Assembly (NCBI GenBank): GCA_965213685.1
Contig: CBDBZY010000050.1
Coordinates: 1-55,377 of the forward strand
DNA length: 55,377 nt
From: a bacterium
GTDB taxonomy: Bacteria; UBA8248
Reading direction: 5' to 3'
A program made the position numbers and the translations under genes. Under the pieces are notes generated by a model. That model was given only the letters and a program-made list of their open reading frames with translations. It searched no databases and had not been told where the DNA came from. Numbering within the stretch: the first letter of the stretch is position 1; every line of letters starts with the position of its first letter. This document shows, piece after piece, positions 1-9,421 of the stretch.

Positions 1-1041
<1,041 letters not shown>

Positions 1042-1177
1042 CGAATCCTCCCTTGAATCGTTAGTCACCAATGTGGCGATTATCTGGCGCAGGTCCAGTC
1101 CCAATGAGCCATTGATGTGCATGGGAGGGAAATCGTCGATGAGGCCGTGCTAGGCTCTGGGCAAAGGAGGGCCGGCC

Positions 1178-2110
1178 GTGGCAAAGACGATCTATTTCAG
1201 CCATCCCGTATGCGCGGACCACGACCCCGGTGCGCGGCACCCGGAATCGGGCGCGCGCCTCGGAGCGATCGACGATGCGCTCGCCGCCGACGCGTATGCG
1301 GCGCTCGATCGCCGCGAGGCACCGGTGGCCGAGCCCGAGAGCCTCGCCTGGGCGCACGACCGGCAGCTGGTGGACGCCATCCTCGCCAACGTGCCCGATG
1401 AGGGACGCGTCGCCATCGACGCCGACACGGTGGTCTCGCCGGCCTCGGGCGAAGCGGCGCGGCGCGCGGCAGGCGCGGTAGCGGCCGCGGTGGACGCGGT
1501 GTTCGCCGGCGAGGCGAACAACGCCTTCTGCGCGGTACGCCCGCCCGGCCACCACGCCGAGCCGCGCCGGCCCATGGGGTTCTGCCTCTTCAACAACGTC
1601 GTGATCGGCGCAGAGCGGGCGCGGCGCGCCCACGGCATCACCCGCGTCGCGGTGGTCGACTTCGACGTCCACCACGGCAACGGCACGCAGGCCGCATTCG
1701 AGCAGGACGGCGACCTCTTCTTCGGCTCGACCCACCAGTGGCCGCTCTATCCGGGCACGGGCGCCGCGAGCGAGACCGGCGTCGGCAACATCGTAAACGC
1801 GCCGCTCTCGCCGGGCACCGCCTCCGCCGGCTTCCGCGACGCGATGGAGAGCCGCATGCTGCCCGCGCTCCGCGCCCACCGGCCTGAGCTGATCCTGATC
1901 TCCGCCGGGTTCGATGCGCACCGCGACGATCCGCTGGCGAACCTCGAGCTGGTCGAGGACGACTACCGCTGGATCACCACGGAGCTGACCCGGCTCGCGG
2001 GCGAGCTTTGCGACGGCCGCGTCGTCTCGACCCTCGAAGGCGGCTACAACCTGCGCGCCCTCGGCGCCAGCGCTGCCGCGCATGTCGAGGCGCTGATGGC
2101 GGCGGACTGA
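1178..2110 (+). CDS. Histone deacetylase family (AcuC/AphA-like) Zn-dependent deacylase
   Basis: HPES, RPPGHHA, GFCLFNN, DFDVHHGNGTQ, SAGFDAH, LEGGY motifs. Confidence 0.95.
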   Translation: MAKTIYFSHPVCADHDPGARHPESGARLGAIDDALAADAYAALDRREAPVAEPESLAWAHDRQLVDAILANVPDEGRVAIDADTVVSPASGEAARRAAGAVAAAVDAVFAGEANNAFCAVRPPGHHAEPRRPMGFCLFNNVVIGAERARRAHGITRVAVVDFDVHHGNGTQAAFEQDGDLFFGSTHQWPLYPGTGAASETGVGNIVNAPLSPGTASAGFRDAMESRMLPALRAHRPELILISAGFDAHRDDPLANLELVEDDYRWITTELTRLAGELCDGRVVSTLEGGYNLRALGASAAAHVEALMAAD

Positions 2111-2117
2111 GCCGGCC

Positions 2118-2418
2118 TCAGCCCGCCGCGTCCTCCTCGGGCGTCACGGTCTTGAGCGCCAGCGCGTGCACATCGGTCCGCAGCTCGTCTTCGAGCACGC
2201 TGTAGACCAGGCGCTGGCGGGCGACGCGGGAAAGACCTGCGAAGCGTGCCGAGGCGATCTCGACGATGAAGTGGCTCTCGCCCTCGGGCCGCGCGCCGAC
2301 ATGGCCGGCGTGACGCGCCGAATCGTCCACGATATCGAGGCGGCTGGGCGCGAGCGCCTCGCTCAGCTTGCGCCGGATCGGCGGCCTGGACCCGGCCGCT
2401 TTCGCCCTCAACCGCCAT
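2118..2418 (-). CDS. bolA: BolA family protein (probable frameshift near the N-terminus)
   Basis: LAPSRLDIVDDSARHAGH...GESHF...F.GLSRVARQRLVY...VHALAL. The ATG at 2418 (MAVEGESGRVQAA) is out of frame with the conserved body. Confidence 0.9.
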
Positions 2419-2456
2419 GCCTCGGCCTGCCACTGCCGCCAGAACCCGTGACAGGC

Positions 2457-2762
2457 CTACAGCCGCTTCTCGAAGTAGAAGCGCATGGTGTCGTCGGTGG
2501 TCTCGATCCGGCCCGAGAACGAGCTGAGATTGACCTCCAGCTCCGCAATCCGGAACGGCCGGCCGAGCACCTTCGCCACGGTCTCGGCCCGCACCACGCA
2601 CTCGCCGTCGGTCTCGGCCCGGACGTAGGCGACGCGATCCTCGACCGTGAACTCCTTGCCTGGATTGTCCTCCTCCAGGGCCTCGACCACGGCATCGGCG
2701 ACCTCGCCGGCACGCAGCACCGGGCCGACCATGTTGTTGCGGGCCACGCCGTCACCGCTCAT
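2457..2762 (-). CDS. tmoD: Soluble di-iron monooxygenase effector/coupling protein (TmoD/MmoB/DmpM family)
   Basis: NMVGPVLRAGEVADAV..A.EEDNPGKE..VEDR.AYVR...LGRPF...ELEVNLSSFSGRI signature; position after the ferredoxin. Confidence 0.93.
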   Translation of the reverse strand: MSGDGVARNNMVGPVLRAGEVADAVVEALEEDNPGKEFTVEDRVAYVRAETDGECVVRAETVAKVLGRPFRIAELEVNLSSFSGRIETTDDTMRFYFEKRL

Positions 2763-2795
2763 CGCCGTCTCCTCCGCTCCACCTGCCGCCCGCCG

Positions 2796-3131
2796 TCACG
2801 GCTTGGCATGCTTGGGCTCGATGCCCTCGACGTCCACCAGAACGTCCTCGCCCTCGATCTTGACCGGATACTGGGCGATCTCTGCGTGACCGGGGTTCAC
2901 CCCCTTGCCCGCCACCACGTCGAACTCCCAGAGATGCATCATGCAGGTCAGCACCCGGCCCTCCAGGTCGCCGTCCACCAGGTCGACCTCCTGATGCGGG
3001 CACTGCGCCTGGACCGCGTGAATGCCCTCGCCTTCGACATGGACCAGCAGCACCTCGGTGCCGTCCACGTCGAAGGTCTCCATGTCGCCTTCCCAGATCT
3101 CGTCCAGCGTGCAGGCCTTCTTGAACGCCAT
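2796..3131 (-). CDS. tmoC: Rieske [2Fe-2S] ferredoxin of the monooxygenase (TmoC/XamoC-like)
   Basis: C-terminal 111 aa of ORF 2796..4976: MAFKKACTLDEIWEGDM...CPHQ...CMMHLWEFD (CxH...CxxH Rieske ligands). Confidence 0.93.
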   Translation of the reverse strand: MAFKKACTLDEIWEGDMETFDVDGTEVLLVHVEGEGIHAVQAQCPHQEVDLVDGDLEGRVLTCMMHLWEFDVVAGKGVNPGHAEIAQYPVKIEGEDVLVDVEGIEPKHAKP

Positions 3132-3163
3132 GCGTCGGTCACTCCATCCCGTGTGCGCGCGGG

Positions 3164-3436
3164 CTACCGGGGCTCTTCGAAATAGATGTCGATGCAGTCG
3201 TAGTAGCGGATGCCCGCCTTCTCGACCGTGAGATCGCGCGGCCAGGGCGGCGCGGAGTCGTCCTCGGTGGTGGGCCGCACGCGCAGCGTCCGGCCGGGCT
3301 TGTCGGCCACGTGAAGGCCGATGGAGTGGAAGGCGCAGGTCGCCGCCACCTCGTCCATGGTCTGCGACGAATCGATCTCGACCGTCTTGATGTGCGCATC
3401 CTGCTGGAAGCGCGAGAGGATGGGGAACGCGCTCAT
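3164..3436 (-). CDS. tmoB: Hydroxylase gamma subunit (TmoB/TouB family)
   Basis: 90 aa, MSAFPI...F..D....V.ID...TMDEVA...A.HS.G..V...PG..LRVR...PRDLTV..AGI...D.IDI.FEE pattern, directly after the alpha subunit. Confidence 0.9.
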   Translation of the reverse strand: MSAFPILSRFQQDAHIKTVEIDSSQTMDEVAATCAFHSIGLHVADKPGRTLRVRPTTEDDSAPPWPRDLTVEKAGIRYYDCIDIYFEEPR

Positions 3437-3469
3437 GCCGCTCTCGACAACGCGATAGATGCCGCTGGG

Positions 3470-4960
3470 CTATTCCGCCGCCTGGGCCCGAAAGCCCTCG
3501 ACCCAGCCGTAATCGTGGCCGTCGCGGCCGCCCTCGCTGATGACGCCGATGCCCATGTAGGTGAGCACGTTCTCCAGCGTCGGCGGGTCGATCTCGCCCG
3601 AGTACATGCGGTCCACGATGGTCTCGTGGTCCTTGTAGCGCTCCGGGTCGGTATCGAAGATCCAGCGGCAGACCTCGGTGCAGAAGTTGTAGCGCCGCTC
3701 GCCGTACTCCCGCTGGTAGGCGCGCGCGCCCCATTCGGGGCCCGGCCGGTGCGAGATCGGGATCTGGCACATGTTGCAGATGATCGGGATGCACTGCGGG
3801 TGCGTCTTCTCCTCGTGCCCCTGCAGCAGATTGTTGGTGATCACGTCCCAGTAGCTGCCGTAGCTCTCGTTCCAGCCCGGATACTTCTCTTCCAGCCAGT
3901 CGCGCTCCGCAGGCCCCACCGCGCCCGGCGGGTTCCACCAGACCGTCGGCCGCCACGACCAGATGCCGCCCTGCTGGCAGTGGTGGTGGTTGTCGATATC
4001 CAGGAGGAAGATGTCCCAGTACCACGGCCGTTCCAGGCCGAGGTCCTGCACCTGCCGCTCCCACTGGTTGATCACCCACTCGTGCATGAACTCCTTGAAC
4101 GACATGTGCCGCTGCTCGAGCGGAATGTAGTAGTCCATCGGGATGCCGACGGTGATCGAGAACAGCCGCCAGACGCGCCAGAGCGCGATGTCCATCGCCT
4201 GCTGCGCTTCCTTCTTGCGGCCGTTGCGGATCATGATCTCGATGGTGGGCGTGCCGAGCTGGGCGTGACGCGCCTCGTCCGACTGGATGCTCGTGATCAG
4301 GTTCGCGAAGGTGTGATCGCCCATGTTCGCGGCGTCGGTGGAGAGCCCGATCATCTGCAGGTTGGTAAGCGCGGTCTCGAAGGCGAAGGAGACCATCACC
4401 GAGGACGTGATGGCGTCCCGCGTCATCATGATGTCGTCCATGGCGTGACGGCCGCCGAGCACCGCCCAGTTCTTGGAATGCTGCGCCTGATGGGCCCAGT
4501 CGTACTGGCGGTCGAGGTGAACCAGCTCGTGCGGGAAGAAGAGCTGCAGCTGGGTGTGCCGCAGCTCGTCGAGCATGCCGTAGACCGACATGTTGCGCAT
4601 CGCGGGCGACGGGCCGAAGCGCGACATCCGCGCCTGGAACTGGCAGGCCTGATACTCGGTCAGCGCGACCGCGCCATAGTGCAGCTTGAGCACGCTGGCC
4701 CAGCCCTCGTCGGCCTGGTCGTAGAACTTGGAGCGCGCCAGCGCCGCCTTCACCGAGTAGGCGGCCGAATCCTTCTCGCGCTGGATGTTCACGTACTCGC
4801 GGTACGCGACCTTGTACGGCTCGTCGAAGGTCTCCCACTCCTCGGTGGGAATGCCGTAAGGATCGCCCATCTGGGGCGGAAACAGCTCCTCCTGCGAGAC
4901 GTAGGAGGGCGTCCAATTTGTATCCCGCGCGATATCGTACCACTCGGAGCGCTCGAGCAT
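3470..4960 (-). CDS. tmoA: Toluene/alkene-type soluble di-iron monooxygenase hydroxylase alpha subunit
   Basis: MLERSEWYDIARDTNWTPSYV..., two DExRH di-iron motifs (DELRH, DEARH), FET..TN, WLEEKYPGW, C-terminal YHS-like domain; GGAGG RBS before the ATG at 4960. Confidence 0.96.
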   Translation of the reverse strand: MLERSEWYDIARDTNWTPSYVSQEELFPPQMGDPYGIPTEEWETFDEPYKVAYREYVNIQREKDSAAYSVKAALARSKFYDQADEGWASVLKLHYGAVALTEYQACQFQARMSRFGPSPAMRNMSVYGMLDELRHTQLQLFFPHELVHLDRQYDWAHQAQHSKNWAVLGGRHAMDDIMMTRDAITSSVMVSFAFETALTNLQMIGLSTDAANMGDHTFANLITSIQSDEARHAQLGTPTIEIMIRNGRKKEAQQAMDIALWRVWRLFSITVGIPMDYYIPLEQRHMSFKEFMHEWVINQWERQVQDLGLERPWYWDIFLLDIDNHHHCQQGGIWSWRPTVWWNPPGAVGPAERDWLEEKYPGWNESYGSYWDVITNNLLQGHEEKTHPQCIPIICNMCQIPISHRPGPEWGARAYQREYGERRYNFCTEVCRWIFDTDPERYKDHETIVDRMYSGEIDPPTLENVLTYMGIGVISEGGRDGHDYGWVEGFRAQAAE

Positions 4961-5091
4961 CGCCGACCTCCCGCACACTGACAATTCCGGGGCGCCGCGG
5001 CCTGCCGCCGCTGCCGCCGCAACGCCCGTCATTCTCTTGTCAAAGCAGGGCGGACGCAAGCAGGGACCCCGGAGCGCTTCACGGCCTGTCG

Positions 5092-6006
5092 TCAACCGAT
5101 CTGCGGCGCTTCGCGGCGCCAGGGCGCCAGCGCCTCCAGGGCGCGGTCCGGATAATCCGTCACGATGCCATCGACGCCGAGCCGGGCGAGCGCCTCCATG
5201 TCGGGCATCTCGTTCACCGTCCAGACGATGACCTTGAGGCCGAGCGTCCGGGCTTCGGCGAGCGATTCCGCCGTCAGGTCGGCATGAAAGGGCATCCATA
5301 CCGGGGCCCCGAAGCGATGGACCAGCCTCGGTACCGAGCCGCCTTCTGCGTCGACGCTCAGGCCCGCGGCCCACGGCGAGGGCTCGGCCCGGCCGCGCAG
5401 CACGGTGTCGCGCCAGCCTCGTTCGGAGGTCAGGCAGGCGATGGCGACTTCCGGCGCAATCGTGCGCAACGCCAGAAGCACGCGCCAATCGAAGGACTGG
5501 ACGGTCGCCCGGCCGATCGTGCCCTCCGCCCGCAGCACCGCCGCAACCGCCGATGCGAGCGCCTCCGGCCCCGCCGATTCGTGCGGCTCGAGCGGAGACG
5601 ACTTGATTTCGATATTGAAGCGGACCGTGCCGGCTGCCGGCCGCCGCCCCAGCGCCAAAACCTCCGCCAGAGTGGGAATGCGCGCGCCATCGCGCGGCTT
5701 CTGATGCGGGAACCGCAAGGCTGTCCGGCTGCCCGGCCTGGCTCTGCCGACATCGAGACCGGGCAGTTCCGCCGTATCCAGGTCCTTGAGCAACCGCCCC
5801 GACGGTTCGAGCCACGCCCAACTGGCGTCGCGCGTATGGTCCGGGTTGAGCGCCGGGTCGTGATGGACGACGGGAACCCCGTCCCGGGTCATGCAGACGT
5901 CCAGCTCCAGCGCATCGACGCCAAGGACGATCGCGCGCTCGAACCCGCACAACGTGTTTTCCGGCAGCAATCCGCGCGCGCCGCGATGGCCGTGTATCTC
6001 CAACAT
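5092..6006 (-). CDS. Glycerophosphodiester phosphodiesterase family protein
   Basis: HGHRGARGLLPENT, ELDV..TRDGVPVVHHD, NIEIKS, QSFD, WTVN, DGIVTDYP. Confidence 0.93.
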   Translation of the reverse strand: MLEIHGHRGARGLLPENTLCGFERAIVLGVDALELDVCMTRDGVPVVHHDPALNPDHTRDASWAWLEPSGRLLKDLDTAELPGLDVGRARPGSRTALRFPHQKPRDGARIPTLAEVLALGRRPAAGTVRFNIEIKSSPLEPHESAGPEALASAVAAVLRAEGTIGRATVQSFDWRVLLALRTIAPEVAIACLTSERGWRDTVLRGRAEPSPWAAGLSVDAEGGSVPRLVHRFGAPVWMPFHADLTAESLAEARTLGLKVIVWTVNEMPDMEALARLGVDGIVTDYPDRALEALAPWRREAPQIG

Positions 6007-6160
6007 TCGCGCGCTTCCCGCGGCGGCGCCTATCTGTGCCTCCCGGTCATGGGCTCCTCCTTCTGCTCGTCATGCGCGTCAGCCCGCGCGGCATCGTAGC
6101 GGAACGGCACGAGCGCCGAGGCAGCCCCCGCCAACTGGGACGCGCAACAAATTTTTATCC

Positions 6161-6310
6161 GGGATTGGCCGGGACTGGGCGAGACCACCGGGACAAGTGG
6201 GACGGATGGGACAAGTGGGATATCGCGCACGCGCGCAGCGTCGTGCAAGAGAAATGAAGAGTCCCGCCTCCGGCACGCGCGCAGCGTCGTACGCGCGAAA
6301 TGAAAAGTCC
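6161..6310. repeat. Short GGGA(C/T) tandem units followed by a ~38-bp imperfect direct repeat
   Basis: gggacaagt/gggacggat/gggacaagt/gggatat at 6190-6223; gcacgcgcgcagcgtcgt-N6-gaaatgaa-a-gtcc at 6227 and 6273 (46-bp period). Confidence 0.8.
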
Positions 6311-6487
6311 TGTCCCCGACACGAAGGCTCGCGGGCCCGCGCCACGCCCCGCTCTCCCCAAACGTCGACCCGACCCCGTTCCACATGGCGCGACCATGAC
6401 GCGGACGCCGCGCACCGTGCACCGCACCATGGTCCGGGGCACGGGGAGGACGCAGGTGGCGATGGCAGAATCGCCTCCGCCGGCTGG

Positions 6488-7187
6488 CTAATCCGAGGAG
6501 CGAAGGGCGCCGAACACTCCCTTGAGGCCGTCGCGGGCGAAGGTGCCGGCGGCGCCTTCATGGTCCGCGCCGTAGAAGCATCCGTCTATGCCCGCGGTTC
6601 CGCTCCCGAATCCGCCATTGGTAATGGCGAGCCCGTTCCAGGACATGTCTGCCCGGTTGTTGTCGAAGTTCGTGAAATCGACATCGACGGTCACGGCTGC
6701 GAAATCGACCTCCAGCCGCGCGTCGCCTTCCACCGGCACGTAGGTCGTGACGGAGGTCCCGTCGGAGGTCATGACATCTTCCGTTCCATAGGCGTGGACA
6801 TCGCCGCTCCAGACGGCGCTCCCGCTGACTGGCGCGGTTCCGGTCCGCGTGCCGTCCACCGTCGGAGTGACAGTCCCGTCGGTCTCGCTCGTCAGGTGCG
6901 CCCAGAAGATTGTTTCGCCCGCGGGCGGACAACCGATGGCCTGACACGTGACATAGTCATCTCTGAGGACTCCTCCCCATACCCCCCCATCGAAAAAACT
7001 CGGCGGTGAGGGCATCTCCAGCGCTATCGATCGGGACATCTCGAAACTCGCCCGTGGTGCTCAGCGTGGTTTCGCTGGCGGGCTCAGTCGGCTCCGTGGT
7101 CATCGTCTCCTTGACGCCACTGCCGCCCCCGCCGCCGCAACCGGCAACGAGCAACAACGCGCATCCCAGAACTGCCGTGCGTCTCAT
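6488..7187 (-). CDS. Surface lipoprotein with a transferrin-binding-protein-like C-terminal beta-barrel (frameshift in a G7 run at 6982-6988)
   Basis: Signal MRRTAVLGCALLLVAG|C followed by a Gly-rich linker; C-terminus G.FYGADHEGAAGTF....LKGVFGA.R typical of TbpB-like barrels; the halves lie in ORFs 6957..7664 and 6488..7039. Confidence 0.75.
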
Positions 7188-7234
7188 TTCCACTCTCTCC
7201 GCAAGTGAAAGCGGTTGTGGCGCAGCAGCTTTAG

Positions 7235-8440
7235 GGAAAGTCTGAACAACGCCATCTTCGCGGTTACGAGGGGGAGAGGGAGCTTGGATTTGAAGCGCGA
7301 CGATATTCCGGGCAGGCCGAGGGCTGCTGTCGTCGCAGGATACGGAGCGAAGGGGCGATATCCGCGTCGATCCGCCGCATTCCCCGCCGCCCCGCCAGCG
7401 GCGGCGGACAGACCGCTCCCCTGTCACCCCGTCGCGTAGCGGCCGGCGATCAGCAGGTTCGAGAACCCCAGCAGCAAGGCGATGCGCTGCCTGTTCTTCG
7501 CCACGCCCCGGTAGCGCACCTTGGCGTAGCCGAATTGCCGCTTCACGTACAGGAACGGATGCTCCACCTTCGCCCGCACCGACGCCTTGCGCCTCTCGGC
7601 CGCCGCTTCGGCGCCACCCTCGGCCAGAAGCCGCCGCCGCCCCGGCTTCATCGCCACATGCCACTCCACACCGCCATCCCGGTGCTCAGGCCGCTTCTCC
7701 ACCCCCTGGTAGCCCGCGTCGCCCCACGCCGTCGTCTCGGCACCATGCAGCAGCGCTCCCGCCTGCGTCACGTCGCTCGCATTGGCCGCCGTCGTCACCA
7801 CGCTGTGCGCCAGACCCGACCCGGCGTCCACCCCGATGTGCGCCTTCATCCCGAAATACCACTGCTTGCCCTTCTTCGTCTGATGCATCTCAGGGTCGCG
7901 GGCGCGGCGACGGTTCTTCGTCGACGACGGCGCCTCGATGATGCTCGCGTCGACGATCGTCCCCGTGCGCAGCCGATGCCCGCGCGAGGCCAGGTGCGCA
8001 TTGATCTCCTCGAACAAACCCGCGCCCAGATCGTGCCTCTCCAGAAGATGCCGGAAGTTCAGGATGGTGGTCTCGTCGGGCAGTGCCTCCGTCAGGCGCA
8101 ATCCTACGAAACGCCGCACCGACTCCACCTCGTAGAGCAGGTCCTCCATCCCCGGATCGCTCAGGTTGTAGAACAGCTGCACGCAGTGAACGCGCAACAT
8201 CACCTCAAGCGGGTACGGGCGCCGGCCGCGCCCCGGCTTCGGATAGAACGGCTCGATCCGTCGCTCCAACCGCTCCCAGGGAACCAGCTTGTCCATCTTC
8301 TCAAGGAACAACTCGCGCCGCGTCCGGCGCTTCTTCAAGTCGTGCTCCAGTTCCGAAAAGCTTGCCTGTGCCATGGCCCCATCATCCAGTCCGCGACTCC
8401 TGCCGCAAATCATCGCACACGAGACTTGATCAGAGGTTCC
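7235..8440 (-). mobile_element. Complete IS5-family insertion sequence (1206 bp) with TTAG target-site duplication
   Basis: Imperfect terminal IRs GGAAAGTCTGAACAAC (7235-7250) and the reverse complement GGAACCTCTGATCAAG (8425-8440), 12/16 identical; TTAG at 7231-7234 and 8441-8444, matching the IS5 YTAR target. Confidence 0.93.
7424..8374 (-). CDS. IS5 family DDE transposase
   Basis: MAQASF...TRRELFL..MDKLVPW, PDETTILNFRHLLE, IVDASII.APSSTKN, KGKQWYFGMKAHIGVD, GDAGYQG, RAKVEHPF. Confidence 0.96.
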   Translation of the reverse strand: MAQASFSELEHDLKKRRTRRELFLEKMDKLVPWERLERRIEPFYPKPGRGRRPYPLEVMLRVHCVQLFYNLSDPGMEDLLYEVESVRRFVGLRLTEALPDETTILNFRHLLERHDLGAGLFEEINAHLASRGHRLRTGTIVDASIIEAPSSTKNRRRARDPEMHQTKKGKQWYFGMKAHIGVDAGSGLAHSVVTTAANASDVTQAGALLHGAETTAWGDAGYQGVEKRPEHRDGGVEWHVAMKPGRRRLLAEGGAEAAAERRKASVRAKVEHPFLYVKRQFGYAKVRYRGVAKNRQRIALLLGFSNLLIAGRYATG

Positions 8441-9421
8441 TTAGCTCAACAGTTCGAGGCAAGCGTCCACGATGTGCTGCGCGCTCATGCCGTAGCGCGC
8501 GCGGATGCGATCGGTGGGGCCGACGACCGCGAACTCGTCGGGCATGCCGACCATGCGCATGGGCGTCGGCCGCCTGACCGCCAGCAGCTCCGCCACCGCG
8601 CCGCCGAGACCGCCGGTCAGATGATGCTCCTCGGCAGTCACGATGCCGCGCGTCTCCTCGGCGGCGGCGAGGATCGCATCCTCGTCGAGCGGCTTGATGG
8701 TGGACATGTTGAGGACGCGCGCGCCCACGCCCTGCCGGGCCAGCGCCGCAGCCGCCTCCACGGCCGGCGCCACCAGGGCGCCGCAGGCGATCACGGCGAC
8801 ATCCGAGCCATCGGCAAGACACGCGGCCCTGCCCAGGCCGAACGGCGTATCGACACGCGTCACCGGAGGCTCGGGCACGCGCCCGCCGAGGCGAATGTAG
8901 GCAGGGCCGTCGATGTCGTCGGTCGCCAGCGTCGCGTGCCACGCCTCGTGGGCGTCCGCCGGCACCAGCACCGTCATGTTCGGGAAGCTCCGCATCAGCG
9001 CGAGGTCCTCCAGCGCATGATGCGTGCCGCCGGAGACGGCAAGGGAAACCCCGCTCGCCGCCGCGCCGATCACCACGCGCTGGTCGGCGTAGGCAACCTC
9101 GTTCCGTACCTGCTCCATGGAGCGCGCGGTGATGAAGGGCGCGTAGCCGCAGACGAACGGGCGCAGCCCCGTGGTGGCGAGGCCCGCAGCCACCCCCATG
9201 GCGTTCTGCTCGGCGATGCCCACGTCGATGACCCGCGCAGGCGCGTGCTCGACGAAGCCGCGAAGCCCGATCAGGTCGAGCGTATCGGCGGAGACCGCGA
9301 CCACCCGCTCGTCGCGCCGGCCGAGCTCGGTCACCGCAAGCCCGAAGGCGAGCCGCGACTGATTGGCCGCCGCCTTGACCCAGGCGGGCTCGGCCCCGTT
9401 GCCCTGCTGCGGCGCGTTCAT
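8441..9421 (-). CDS. Split transketolase, C-terminal (pyrimidine-binding) subunit
   Basis: DVGIAEQN, RSMEQVR, GGTHHALED, GPAYIRLG, TIKPLD, TAEEH...GGLG. Confidence 0.92.
   Translation of the reverse strand: MNAPQQGNGAEPAWVKAAANQSRLAFGLAVTELGRRDERVVAVSADTLDLIGLRGFVEHAPARVIDVGIAEQNAMGVAAGLATTGLRPFVCGYAPFITARSMEQVRNEVAYADQRVVIGAAASGVSLAVSGGTHHALEDLALMRSFPNMTVLVPADAHEAWHATLATDDIDGPAYIRLGGRVPEPPVTRVDTPFGLGRAACLADGSDVAVIACGALVAPAVEAAAALARQGVGARVLNMSTIKPLDEDAILAAAEETRGIVTAEEHHLTGGLGGAVAELLAVRRPTPMRMVGMPDEFAVVGPTDRIRARYGMSAQHIVDACLELLS

Noticed and set aside
2796-4976. 726-aa ORF ending in a Rieske domain
   Set aside because: Only the last 111 aa are real; the rest is an alternative frame of tmoA/tmoB.
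5010-5043. Perfect TTGACA upstream of tmoA
   Set aside because: There is no recognisable -10 element at 16-18 bp, so a promoter cannot be supported.
3470-5950. 826-aa ORF suggesting an N-terminally extended monooxygenase alpha subunit
   Set aside because: The extension is an off-frame reading of the GDPD gene; the RBS and family N-terminus place the start at 4960.
6190-6310. Possible CRISPR array
   Set aside because: Only two long copies with a ~8-bp gap, no unique 30-40 bp spacers and no cas genes.
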